Assembly (NCBI GenBank): GCA_030390025.1
Contig: CM059431.1
Location: forward strand, 155,188,001-155,252,000
DNA length: 64,000 bases
Source: Squalus acanthias
Lineage: Eukaryota
Direction: 5' to 3'
Positions 24,476-37,237 of the stretch are shown in pieces (the stretch's first letter is position 1; each line of letters begins with the position of its first letter). The notes under the pieces were generated by a model, which saw nothing but the letters and a program-made list of their open reading frames with translations, searched no databases and had not been told where the DNA came from. A program made the translations under genes and the position numbers.

Positions 24476-26132
24476 AATGACACGCCCACAAAATTTGTCA
24501 CATCTAAGCCACACCCACAGAAACTTCCTACGCTCCCTTCCATTGAAATTATATTTTAAAAACTTTTAATTAATCTGGTACTTGGACTTATTTCATATAT
24601 CAGCATTTTTTGTACGATTATGTAACACAATACCAATAATATTTTGGCATCTGATTTCCACTTGAATGAAACAAATGATAATTTGAGGTCAATCGAAACA
24701 TTCTCGTCTTTTGACCGTCGGGGGTAACAATAATTCAAATATTTACTAAATTGAAATAGATAGTTTATCTGTTCAAACTTCTGTTGAGGTTATAACAGCT
24801 TCTATCGCTTGGGATTTTTATTAAACTTTAAGTTATTTATATTTCATACAAAGAATCGTGTCCCTTTTCTTATTTGCTCTAAGGAACATTGAAGAGCGTT
24901 GCAGAGTGTTTTGCCAGCCCAAAGAATTGCTTGTGCTTTACTTCACCATCCCGGCTTTCAAATTCCGGATCTGTAAATAGTTTATGTAAATCAGGAAAGT
25001 TTTTTTTTCTTCTGCTAAGGCTAGCATTTAATATCCTGTCAAATGTCCATTAGTGAAAAAAATATTTAAATGTCGCAGTAACTTTCCGATTGATTGGGAT
25101 TCAACAGCACAGAAAGGCGTTGGCAATGCTCCTTTTGATTTACTATACACCATGCCCCTAGCACACCAGCTGTGGGGCAGCTTTAAATGTATTTAATAAA
25201 CTAATTAAATAGTAAAATGGTTTTATTTCATACATTTGGAGGAAGTTAAAATGATCTTTATCGGATGCCCAGTTCTTGATCATACATTTGGAGTGCAGAA
25301 ATCATTGATCATTTTAAATATAACTGTCATATTTTATATTATTATTAATGTTTCTAAATGTTGCCACTGGGGACATTATTTTATTGTAAAGTGATACCAG
25401 AACGATTATCAATCATAACAGAGGCACTGTGAAATCGGTGGAGCGACCACACTCAGCCTATCCTCTCTGCTGTAAAAAAATCTCTTTAATTCTTAGGTTA
25501 TTTCAAGTGGTATGTGTTCGGTACATGTAGTATGTTTCTGTGGGTGTTATTCTGGTAACAATATCACTTCAATTATATTTAAACTCACGGAACAATTTGA
25601 ATATTGTGCACGTTTTAGGGTTAAAGTTGTATTGCTTGCAACTATATTGGCTGATTGTTCTCAATATTCAACACAAATGGAACCCTTTCACAGTGAAACA
25701 GGCTCCTGCAACTGATTACACTAACTGTAAAATTTCCATACGTAATTGCCGGGCAGTTAGCGGGCAATTAGCCCAAACTATGACAGTATGAGTATTTCCC
25801 CGTCGGTGCAAATCATCTGTCAAGGCATCGCAAGTTCGGTATTTAGCGCTTATTGAAGCGCATGTGGAAACTACGAACTTGTGGTCATTTTCAAAGGCGT
25901 TATGACGGTGTACTCTCAGTGTACGCCGTCATGCCCACCGATAAATTTGGCCCATCAATTGGGAAAAAGCAGCTTCTGGAGCTTAGCATCGCCACCTGGT
26001 GGCAAAAGTGAGCAACTTCAACAGTCAATTTGTTCCGATTAGCATTGGAAAAGGAAAATCGTAACGAATCAAAGCCCAGAAGCAGGACTAAGTGGCGATG
26101 TCGGAACATGTATAGTCTTGAATATATTGCAG

Positions 26133-26339
26133 GTTGTCCAGTGTTATGTGTCGCGGTCATTTGGTGAACTATCAGAAGAACACCCAGTGCACAGTCAGCC
26201 CAACCGTGGCACACATTCTGCTCCGATAAATCTCTTGTGCATACGTTATATACACGTTATTCAGGCAAAGTGCAGACATCCACAAAGTTAAGGTCACCTG
26301 ACAAAGAAAAACGTTGAAAACAGTAGAGGATATCAAAAT
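26133..26339 (+). pseudogene. Possible decayed cysteine-rich extracellular exon (TNFR-CRD-like, speculative)
   Basis: Acceptor atattgcag| and donor-like |gtaaac. Joining frames gives CPVLC..TQCTVS..RGTHSAPINLLCIRY.TRYSGKVQ..SPDKE, which requires frameshifts and lost cysteines. Confidence 0.2.
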
Positions 26340-26374
26340 GTAAACTGAATAATGAGGTAGACAAACGATAAATG

Positions 26375-28115
26375 GAAGAACATAACATAAGAACATGAGA
26401 CGTCGGAGCAGGAGTAGCTCATTTGGCCCCTCGAGCCTGCACCGATATTCAATAAGATCATGGCTGATCTGATCTTGGCATCAACTCCACTTCCCTGCCC
26501 GCTCCCCATAACCATTGACACCCTTACCTTTCAAAAATCTGTCTGTCTCCACCTTAAATATTGTCAATGACCCAGCCTTCACATCTCTCTGTGGAAGAGC
26601 ATTCCAAAGATTCACGACTCTCTGAAAGAAGAAATTCCTCCTCATTTCCGTTTTAAAAGGGTGCCCCCTTTTTCTGAAATTATGCCCCCAGTTCTAGATT
26701 CCAGCATTCCATTTTCCTTCCTAATTACGTGCTGTACCTGCACGCTAGCTTTTTGTGATTCATGTACAAGGACCCCCAGATCCCTCTGTAACTCAACATT
26801 TTGTAATCTCTACCCATTTAAATATTTTTTTAAAAAATTTTCCTACGAAAGTGGATAACCTCGCATTTTCCCACATTATACTCCATCTGCCAGATTCCTG
26901 CCCACTCACTTAGCCTATCTATATCTCTTTGGAAATTATTTCCCTCCTCCGCACAACTTGCTTTCCCAACTATCTTTGTATCATCAGCAAATTTGGTTGC
27001 ATTACACTCAGACCCTTCATCCAAGTCATTAATATAGATTGTAAATAGTTCAGGCCCAAGCACTGATCCCTGCGGCACCCCACTCGTTACAGTTTGCCAA
27101 CCTGAAAATGACCCATTTATCCCAACTCTCTGTTTTCTGTTTTTTAGCCAATCATCTATCCATGCTAATTTATTACCTCCAACCCCGTGAGCTCTATTCT
27201 TTTGTAGGAACCTTTTATGTGGCACCTTTCGAATGCCTTATGAAAATCCAAATACACATCTGGTGGTTCGCCTTTATCCACCCTGCTCGTTATATCCTCA
27301 AAGAACTCCAGCAAATTTGTCAAAAATGATTTCCCTTTCATAAAACCATGCTGACTCTGCTTGACTATATTACGATTTTCAAAATGTCCTGTTACCATTT
27401 CCTTAATGATGGACTCCAGCATTTTCACAATGACAGATATTAGGTAACTGGTCTATAGTTGCCTGCTTTCTGGCTCATTCCTTTCTTAAATAGGGGCGTT
27501 ACATTTGCGGTTTTCCAGTCCGCTGTGACCTCTCCAGAACCAAGGGAATTTTGGTAGATTACAACCAATGCATCCACTATGTCTGCAGCCACCTCTTTTA
27601 AGACTCTAGCATGCGGGCTATTGGGACAAGGGGGGCTGTCCAAATTTAGTTCCATTAATTTGCCTAGTACTTTCTAGTGATATTGAATGTTTGAAGTCCC
27701 CCCTAGCCCAATTGCCCCTTGATTATCCATTATTGGAATGCTTTTAGTGTCTTCTACCGTGAAGACAGATACAAAATATTTGTTCAATGTTTCTGCCATT
27801 CATCTATTTCCCATTATTAATTCCCCAGACTCTTCCTCTGGGGGACTAACGTTACTTTAGGTACTCTCTTCCTTTTTATATAGCTGTAGAAGTTCTTACT
27901 GTCTGTTTTTATATTTCTTGCTAGCTTACTCTCATAAGCTATCTTCTCTCACTTTATCATTTTTTAGTCATCCTTTGCTGGTTTTTAAACATTTCCAATC
28001 CTTGGCCTTCCACTATTCTTCGCAACATTATATGCGTTTATTCTCAAGTTGACACCATCCTTTATTTTCTTACATATTCCCGGATGGTTCATCTTTCTCT
28101 TAGAGTCTTTTTTTG
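26375..28115 (-). mobile_element. CR1 LINE with internal deletion
   Basis: Minus-strand RT fragments 26830-27655; tail aacataacataagaacat. Confidence 0.88.
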
Positions 28116-28220
28116 TCTGAGTGTTATGAAATAACAGCAACTTTTCGAATTGTTTGAGACTATTTGGACTGTCAATGAATACTTGAAAAACAAATCTCAA
28201 ACATATTCTATAATTTACAG

Positions 28221-28349
28221 AGATTGACGATACTGCAATAATGGTCGAACAAGACAAGATAATCGTCACGGTTGCAGTGTCTGTTGCAATACTGCTGGGA
28301 GCAGTAGGAGCTCGGGAGACGTGTTTTTGGCATAACTGGAAAAATTGCG
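28221..28349 (+). CDS. Candidate transmembrane exon of a single-pass membrane protein (gene or pseudogene)
   Basis: tttacag|...|gtaag, 129 nt, phase 1-1, no stop: (E)IDDTAIMVEQDKIIVTVAVSVAILLGAVGARETCFWHNWKNC, with an 18-aa hydrophobic stretch. Confidence 0.5.
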
Positions 28350-29572
28350 GTAAGATTGCACCGCCGACAGTAAAGATGCAGGAAATACAAATAGTGAAAT
28401 AACCAGTTGCATTTTTGGTGGAGAAAAAGAAATACACCACACACTTTGTTATTCTCTCCCTAAATGATCCACCTCTACGTCCCCTGGTAATTATGAAACT
28501 TATGCTCAAAAACCTACTTTTTTGACTGCACTTCATCTGCATCTTCTTGAACCCTTATTATCATTTTCGTTGTCCCGGATGTGTGCGTTCTTGCATCTGT
28601 AAAACTTCCTTTAGGCGCCTTGGAATATATATTTTACACGTTAAAGACGCCGTACAAATGCAAGTTGTTGATGATGAGGTTTTGTCTTTATTAATAAAGA
28701 AACCTCTCACGTCTTTCTTCCTCCCGACTCCCGCAAATCCCTGTGAGTTTTATAGTGATGTACGTTCAGTTCTTTAATTATACCAGCTACAGTCATGTAT
28801 TGGCTAAATTATTGATGACTGCGTGATTATTTTCTATTCATATCGCAAACTGCTTTCCCAAAATTATTTCCTTATTACTCGGTTTAATGATATCCACAAA
28901 AATTAGTGTGATTGCAATTGAGTTCACAATATTTCCATTTCACTTGTTAACCCGATCACCGTTTCCTTTCGCTGTTCAATGGTATAGAAACATAGAAAAT
29001 AGGTACAGGAGTAGACCATTCGGTCCTTCGAGCCTGCACCGCCATTCAATGCGTTCATGGCTGAACATGCTACCCCAGTACCCCATTCCTGCTTTCTCGC
29101 CATACCCCTATGTCTTGTACTTTTGTGCACCCGCTTGATCTTGGAGTTGAGGGAAATAAATGAATGTAACATTCATCAATCGATGGGTTTCGAGTCGTTT
29201 ACTCCCCCGTAAACAGCCAACGCCGTATCCCTGACAATAAAAGGAAGAGAACTCTTTTATTATCTGATAAGTTAATTTCAGGTAAATCACAGCAGGATGC
29301 TGGTTAAGTAAGCAACGTCAAGAGGAAGTATCTTTCTCGGCGGGGGGAATAGAAGGTATAACGAAATACATGTGAACCATAAGGAGTTAGTTAAGCATGG
29401 GGAGGCAGAATTAACAAAAAATGAAGTAGGCAGATGCCCGGATGAAGTAGAGTACGATGCGAGAAAAGTATGGAGTGCGAAATGTGAATTACATACGATT
29501 ACATAGGAGATACCTCAAAGAACAGGCGATTCCGCCCAACCAGACCATGCCGGCGTTTGTGCTCCACTCAAG

Positions 29573-32335
29573 CTGTGGAGATGCAAGTTGTTGTTTTGAC
29601 TTATGCGACTTTTTTCTTTGTTATACTAGGTATCAAACAGCAGATAACTGAGTTTTACAAGTTCTCAAACTTAGTTCTAAATTAATTCCGAAAAATAACT
29701 TCAACTATATTTTGGAGAAATTACTGATCCGAGAATGAAACTACATTTCCCCAGTGGGGAAAGGAAAGGACACTGACTGAGAGTTTGATTGGACGCACGT
29801 GTGTGAACACACATAGCGAGACACGCGCACAAGTGGAGAATTGTGATCGTAAAACAGCAGTTAAATCTACCACTTGTATATTAATGGACAATTCTGAAAT
29901 TGTCATACCCCTAAATATATTCCAGAAATCAATGCTGTGCATCATTTCACTGTTTAACGTTACATGATTCATAATATTATTCATAAGTGTTAATATTAGT
30001 GGAACAGTGGTAAGTGACCTCACCTCCTGCAGTGCTGATTCCTCAGGTGCAGACACCATGAGAGATATGGTCAATATATTCAAATAGAAGCACCAAACAG
30101 GACACATCTCCAGTAACACACGGACAATGCCACAGCCCATAGAGAGCAGAGGGATCACATCCAGACATATATTGTGTGTGGATAGATATCATAGTCATAA
30201 ACTACCAGAATTTAATATCAAAATTCAGCAAATCCAAAATATTAAACAAAAATCGGTGAATAAATATAATATTATACCGCCAGAGTGTAAAACCCAGTGA
30301 AGGATCATTCAATTCAGCAGTAATCACAAGCTCCATATTTCCCTGCAGAATATTCTCTACCTCAGGAATAAGGCTGGTTTTGGCGTGCACCGTGAGTAAA
30401 GCTTACAAACGGGCACTCTCAGTGCGGAGTCCCGGCCGACGGGAGCACATCTGGAACTCGGTTGTGGAGATCAACAACAAATTGTATTTATATAGCGCGT
30501 CGATAGGAGTAAAACGTCCCAAATGCGCTTCACAGGTGTATTATAAGACACAAACTTGATACCGAGCCAGTTAAGGAGAAATTAGGATAGATCATTAAAA
30601 GCTTGGTCAAAGAGGTAGGTTTTAAGGAGCGACTTAAAGAAGCAAAGTGAAGTGGAGAGTCGGAGAGCTTTAGGGAGGGATTTCCAGAGCTTAGGGCCCA
30701 TGCAACAGATGGTACGGCCACCAATGCTTGAGCGATTATTATCAGGGATGCTCAAGAGGTCAGAATTATAGGAGCGCATTTTTCTCGCGTGGGGGGGGGG
30801 GGATTTTTATTCGTTTACGGGATGTGGGCGTCGCTGGAAAGGCCAGCATTTATTGCCCATCCCTTTTTGCCCTTGAGAAGGTGCTGGTGACCTGCCTTCT
30901 TGAAAAGCTGCAGTCCGTGTGGTGAAGATACTCCCATAGTGCTGTTATTTACAGAGTTCCAGGATTTTGATCCAGCGACGATGAAGGATCAGCGATATAC
31001 TTCTAAGTCAGGATGGTGTGTGACTTGAAGGGGAACCTGGAGGTGGTGGTGTTCCCATGCGCCTGCTGTCCTTGTCCTTCTAGGTGGTAGAGGTCGCGGG
31101 TTTGGGAGGGGCTGCAAAAATATCCTTGGCGAGTTGCTGCAGTGCATCTTCTCGATGATACACACTGCAGCCACAGTACGCCAGTGGCGGAGGGAGTGAA
31201 TGTTTAACGTGGTGGATGGGGTGCCAATCAAGCGGGCTGCTTTGTCCTGGATTGTGTCGAGGTTCTTGAGTGTTGCTGGAGCTGCACTTATCGAGGCAAA
31301 TGGAGAATATTCCATCACACTCCTTACTTGTGACTTGTAGATGATGAAAAGGTGTTGGGGAGTCAGAGGTGATACACTCGCGGCAGAATACCTAGCCTCT
31401 GACCTGCGCTTGTTGCCACAGTTTTTATGTGGCTGATCTAGTTAAGTTTCTGGTCAACGGTTACCCCCAGGGTATTGATGGTTGGAGATTCGGCGTTGAA
31501 TGTCAAGGGGAGGTGATTAGACTCTCACTTGTTGGAGATAGTCATTGCCGGGCACTTCTGTGGCACGAATGTGCCTGCCAATTATCAGCACAAGCCTGAA
31601 CGTCGTCCAGGTCTTGTTGCATGCGGGCATGGACTGCTAAATTATATTAGGAATTGTGAATGGCACTGAACACTGTGCAGTCATCAGCGAACATCCCCAT
31701 TTCTCACCTGATGTTGGAGGGAAGGTAATTGATGAAGCAGCTGAAGATGGTTGGGTCTAGGACACGGCCCTGAGGAACTCCTGCAGCGATGTCCTGGGGC
31801 TGTGATGATTGAGCTTCAATCACCAGAACCATCTTCCTTTGCGCTAGGTATGACTCCAGCAATGGAGCGTTTCCCCCCGAATCCCATTGACTTCAGTTTT
31901 ACTAGGACTCCTTGATGCCAGACTCGGTCAAATGCTGCCTTGATGTCAAGGGCAGTTACTCTCACCTCACCTCTGGAATTCAGCTCATTTGTCCATGTTT
32001 GAAACAAGGCTGTGATGAGTTCGGGAGGCCAGTGGTCTTGGCGGATTCCGAACAGGGCAACAGTGAGCAGGTTATTGGTGAGTTAGTGCCGCTTGATAGC
32101 AATATCGATGACACATTCAATCACATGGCTGATGATTGAGAGTAGACTGATCGGGCGGTAACTGGCTGGGTTGGATTTGCCCGGCTTTTTGTGGACAGGA
32201 CATACCTGGGCAGTTTACTAGTCGGATAGATGCCAGTGTTATAGCTGTACTGGAACAGCTTGGCTAGAGGCGCGTCTAGTTCTGGAGCACAAGTCTTCAG
32301 CACGATAGCCGGGATGTTGTCGGGGCCCATAGCCT
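29573..32335 (+). repeat. Segmental duplication block X, copy 1 (paralogous to about 54921-57660)
   Basis: Unique sequence, an L2 tail, a G-run and a LINE fragment occur in the same order with the same junctions in both copies. Confidence 0.9.
30805..32335 (-). mobile_element. Non-LTR retrotransposon (CR1/Crack-like clade) 3' portion
   Basis: ALDIKAAFDRVWHQG and MEYSP...LDTIQDKAARLIG on the minus strand. Confidence 0.8.
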
Positions 32336-32336
32336 T

Positions 32337-32635
32337 AATCCACATCTGAGACTAGAGAGCGGAATTTAAAAAACTGTTGGAGCTGAAACAGAATATGTAT
32401 GAAATATTGAAAAATTACTAGTAGGAAAATGGAAGGCTGTTTTCGAGTGTGAGAGATGAGGTGACTAGTTGTTAAAAATGCAAGTTAAAATAGTATCAAC
32501 ATTACAAAGATTTGGATTGAGGATTGACTATTATGCCTGTAAATGTACAAATCATTCCAAAGATATTTGGAAAGTCAGAAGCATGAGAGATGTGATTTAG
32601 TATCGATAGCACAGGGCCTGGGATTTCACTGGACT
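32337..32635 (+). repeat. Duplication block Z/W, copy 1 (paralogous to 43612-43780 plus 47214-47348)
   Basis: catctgagact...tcaacatt followed directly by caaag...ggcctgggatttcac; copy 2 is split by a CR1 insertion. Confidence 0.85.
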
Positions 32636-33014
32636 CAGAGATATATTCCTGGTCATAACATTTTGAGGAGGAGAAAAATAAGTGTGAACGACATAATCAA
32701 TAAAGTGTTCCAGGACAGCGCTGGAAGAACAATAAAACACTTTTATTTCTATAGCATCTTTAACGTAGTAAAACGTCCTAAGGCGCTTCACTGGAGCGTT
32801 AACAAACAAAATGTGATACCGAGCCACATAAGGAGTTATTCGGACAGGTGACCAAAAGCTTCGTCAGAGAGGGAGGTTTTAAGGAGCGTCTCAAAGGGGG
32901 AGAGAGATGTTTTGAACAAAAGGATCTTCCTGAGCGCTATATTAAGGTTGAATCCGTGCATTTTAAATAAAATAGTGAAAAGGCACTATTACACATATTG
33001 AATAATTCGTATAA

Positions 33015-34470
33015 TAAAGGTGTCATGCCAGAGGACTCGCGGTGGCTAACGTTATACCTATATTTAAGAAGGGGGATAGAAGATATCTAGGAAACTAAAG
33101 ACCAGTCAGCTTAAATCAGTAGTAGGAACAATAATGGAATCTGTACTAAAAGAGAAAATAGAAAAAAATCTAGAAAGCAAAAATATAATAATGAATAATC
33201 AACATGGATTTCAATGGGAAATTCTTGCTTGACCAGCTTCATTGAATTCTTTGACGATGGAACAGAGAGAGTAGACAGAGGTAATGTGGTAGATGTAATA
33301 TCTGTGGATTTCTAAAAGGTCTTTGATAAGGTACCACATAATAAACTAATGAATAAGGTGAGAGCATGAATGGTCAGGGGACAAGTAGCAGAATGGATAG
33401 CTTGGTGGCTGCAGGACAGAAATCAGAGAGTAGGGGTAAAGGGTAGCTATTCAGAGTTGCAGAAGGTGGATAGTGCTGCTCCACAAGGATCAGTGCTGGG
33501 ACCACTGTTGTTCACTATTTACTTTAACGATTTAGACTTTTGAATCAAAAACAAAATTACTCAATTCGTGGAAAACCTAAAATAATGATGGATAGTCAAT
33601 ACTGAGGAGGACTTCAATAATTTACAGGAAGCCATTAATAAACTTGCAGAATAGGCATGTCATTGGCAAATAAATATCAACATAGATAAGTGTGTTTTAT
33701 CACATTTTGGTTAGAAAAGTAAGAAGGTCACATATTACTTAGAAATAAGAATCTTTATGGGGTAGTGGAGCAAAGTGATCTCGGATTAAAAATACACAAA
33801 TCATTAAAAGTTACAACGCAGGTTAGTAAAGGCATAACTAGAGCAAAACAAGCACTGGGTTTTCTTTGTAGAGGGATAGAATTGAAAAGTAGGGAAGTTA
33901 TGAGAAACTTGTATCGAACCTTGGTTAGACCAGACTTGGAGTACTGTGTACAGTTCTGGTCGCCGTATTATAGAAAAAGCATACAGAGGCAATGGAGTAG
34001 GTGCAAAAAGGATTTACAAGGATGATGCCTAAACTGCCTGGTTCTACATCTCAGGAAAGTTTGAACAGGCTTGGTCTCTTTTCTCGTGAAAAGAGAGGAT
34101 TTAGGAGTGACATATTACAAGTCTTTAAAATTCTGAAAGGTTTTGATACAGTAGACAAAGTGCTTCCACTTGTGGTGAAGAGCAAAACTAGAGGCCATCA
34201 ATATAAGATAGTCACCAAGAAATGAAATAGGGAATTCAGCAGAAACATCTTTAGCCACAGAGTGCTGAGAATGTGAAATTCGCTACCACAGGGAGTGGTT
34301 GAAGCGAATAGTATAGATGCATTTAAGGGGAGGCTTGATAAGCCTATGAGGGAGAAGGGAATACAGGGTTATGCTGATAGTTGGATGAGGAAGGATGGGA
34401 GGAGGCTGGAGTGGAAAATAAATGGACTGGTTGGGCCGAATGGCCTGTTTCTGTGCTTTATATTGTTTGT
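33015..34470 (+). mobile_element. Old CR1 fragment; 33270-34080 is probably paralogous to 48260-49068
   Basis: Degenerate RT and CR1 3' UTR. Shares idiosyncratic changes (for example agaaaaagcata) with 48260-49068. Confidence 0.8.
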
Positions 34471-35209
34471 TATTCAAAGTAATCCATATGTACAAAGGTA
34501 AGCATTAAGAAGGGAAAGAGCAAAGTTCCCACTAATATTTTTTAGGTGCGGCTCCCTTTAATGAGCTGCGCGTACCATTCACAATTTCGCGCATGTGCCA
34601 AATCTACCATAGAAAAGCCAGTAAGCGGCCTGAGCAGGATCTCCAGAGAACTGCGCGGTCGTGCAGCTTAGCGGGAACGTTGCAGTGGAGGTGAGATAGA
34701 GGGGGAGCTGGGGGAAACTCGTGGAGGGTGAAGGTTTTGAAGATAAAAAATAGTTCCTTTGATAGAGGAAGTGAAAATGTTGAAGTAATGGAGGAGGATG
34801 TGTGTCCACAGTTAGAGATCACATTACAGAAGGAATTGGATCAGAGAAAAATAGCTGAGGTGGATAAGTCACTGGACCGAGAGATAATGCACCTCAGGCT
34901 GTTAAAGGAAAAATCAGTGGGGAGATAAAAGGAACTTTGAGCACAATTTTTCTATCCTCATATAATATCGGAAATGTACAGGTGGACTGAAGAGCCCAAA
35001 CAATGTCTCTGTTAAAAAGCGGATAGAGGATCTGCGGGTAACTGAAGACCAATTCATCTGTTGTTTGTGAGAAAGATATTGGAACCTGTAATTCCAGGTT
35101 GAATTAATGAACATTTAGAGATAAAGCCGAGGCTGGAACAGATTAACTGTAGACAAGTTGTATTTGACGAATTTGATGCACCTTTTCTGAGACGTGTCTG
35201 TATAGATCT

Positions 35210-35632
35210 GCTATTGAAAGCATCAATCACCCATGTGCATTCTGACCTACATTGGCTCACGATCCGGCAACACCTCGATTTAAAAATTCTCATCATTGTT
35301 TTCAAATCCCTCCATGTCTCGCCACTCCCAATCTGTGTCACCTCCTCCAACTCTAAACCGTCCAGATCTCTGCGATCCCGTAATTCTGGCCACTTGCGCA
35401 TCCCCGAATTTAATCACTCCGCCATTGGTGGCCATGCCTTCTACTGCCCTAAAGTCTGGAATTCCATCTCTCTCCTTATGACGCTCCTTAAAACCTACCT
35501 CTGTGGCCAGGCTATTGGTCACCTGTCCTAATATGTGGCTCGGTGTTAAATTTTGTTTGATAGCGCTCCTGCGATGTTCCTTGGAACATCTTATTACGTT
35601 AAAAAAGCTATATAAATGAAAACTGTTGTTGT
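35210..35632 (+). mobile_element. L2-type LINE 3' end
   Basis: ITHVHSDLHWL...LKILIIVFKSLH; tail ...tataaatgaaaactgttgttg. Confidence 0.75.
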
Positions 35633-35869
35633 GGAGACTGTAATCTTGCCTCATCAACCGGATAAGTCGGGTATTTGGCTATTCTACCCAGACAGGACCT
35701 TTGCTGTAGGCCATCTCATTCGGAATCAGTCCCTGGATCCTGCAGATAATTTACAGCACATTCATCTTGTCCGCAACCTTTTGCCAGGAAAGCTACAGTG
35801 CCATCATGTGGGCTCGGTGCCCTAGAATATTGAGCCCGACCTCTTGTGACAGACATGGTGTGCTGTCAT

Positions 35870-37237
35870 CCTTGGGGTGGGGCTGGGTCCGCAGATTGTC
35901 AGTGTCGGGCTGGGTGAGTGCAGTGTTATGTTGTGTGAGTAGGGTTACGTTGTTGGGTTGGGTCAGTGGAGTATCGGTGATGGGTTAGGTAGTGAGGTGT
36001 CACTTTATGGCTGCGTCAGTGGGGTGTCGGTGTTGGCCTGGGTCAGTGAGGGTGTAGGTGTTGGTCTGGGTCAGGGGGGTGTCGGTGTTGGGCTTGGTCA
36101 GTGAGGGTGTCGAAGCTAGGTCAGTGGGGTGTCGGTGTTGGGCTGTGTCAGTGAGGTGTCGGTGTTGGTCTGGGTCAGTGGGGTTTCACTGTATGGCTGC
36201 ATCAGTGGGGTGTCGTTGTTGGGCTGTGTCAGTGAGGTGTCGGTTTTGGGCTGGGTCAGTTATGTGTCTGTGTTGGGCTGGGTCAGTGGGGTGTCGGGGT
36301 TGCGCTGGGTCAATGATGGTGTCGGTTTTGGTCTGGGTCAGTGAGGTGTCGGTGTTGGCCTGGGTCAGTGAGGGTGTCGGTGTTTTGGTCTGGGTCAGTG
36401 GGGTGTCGGCGTTGGGCTGGGTCAGTGAGGGTGTCGAAGCTAGGTCAGTGGGGTGTCGGTGTTGGGCTGGGTCAGTGAGGGTGTCGAAGCTAGGTCAGTG
36501 GGGTGTTGGTGTTGGGCTGGGTATGTGTGGTTTCGGTGTTGGGCTGGGTCAGTGGGTTGTCGGGTTGTGGCCGGGTCAGTGTGTTTCGGTGATGTGCTGG
36601 GTCAGTGTGGTATCGTTGTAGGGCTGGGTCAGAGAGGATGTCGGTTTTGGCCTGGGTAAGTGGTGTGTCGGTTTAGGACTGGGTCAGAGAGGGTGTCGGT
36701 GTTGGGCTCTGTCACGGGGTGTCGGTATAGGACTGGGTCAGTGGGATGTCGGTGTAGGACTGGGTCAGTGAGGGTGTCGGTGTTGGGCTGTGTCAGTGAG
36801 GTGTCGGTATAGGACTGGGTCAGTGGGGTGTCGATGTAGGACTGGGTCAGTGAGGCTGTCGGTGTTGCGTCAGTGAGGGTGTCGGTCTAGGTCTGATCAG
36901 TGGGGTGCCGGTGTTGGAATGGTTCAGTGGGGTGCCGGTGTTGGTCTGGGACAGTGGGGTGTTAGAGTGGGGAATGGGTCAGTGGGGTGTCGTTGTTTGA
37001 CTGGGTCAGTAGCGTGTCGGTGTTGGGTCAGTGAGGGTGCCGGTGTTGGGTTGGGTCAGTGGGGTCTCGGTGTTGGCCTCGGTGAGTGGGTTGTCGTTGA
37101 CTAGCTGGGTCAGTGAGGATGTCGAGGCTGGTCAGTGAGGGTATTGTGGCTGGTCAGAGAGGGTGTTGGGGTTGGGTCAGAGAGGATGTTGGGGTTGGGG
37201 CAGTGAGTGTGTCGCGGCTGGGTCAGTGAGGGTGTCC
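35870..37237 (+). repeat. GT-rich minisatellite, unit about 29-30 bp
   Basis: Many degenerate copies of gggctgggtcagtg(a/g)gggtgtcggtgtt. Confidence 0.92.

Noticed and set aside
25420..25730. CACTGTG and CACAGTG heptamers suggesting V(D)J recombination signals
   Set aside because: No ACAAAAACC-like nonamer at 12 or 23 bp spacing, and no V or J coding segments seen.
27985..28542. 185-aa minus-strand ORF
   Set aside because: A chimera of the antisense of the TM exon and CR1 sequence, with no domain signature.
28510..28745. Two small minus-strand exon-like segments
   Set aside because: Splice signals are weak, there is no recognisable peptide, and the orientation conflicts with the adjacent + strand TM exon.
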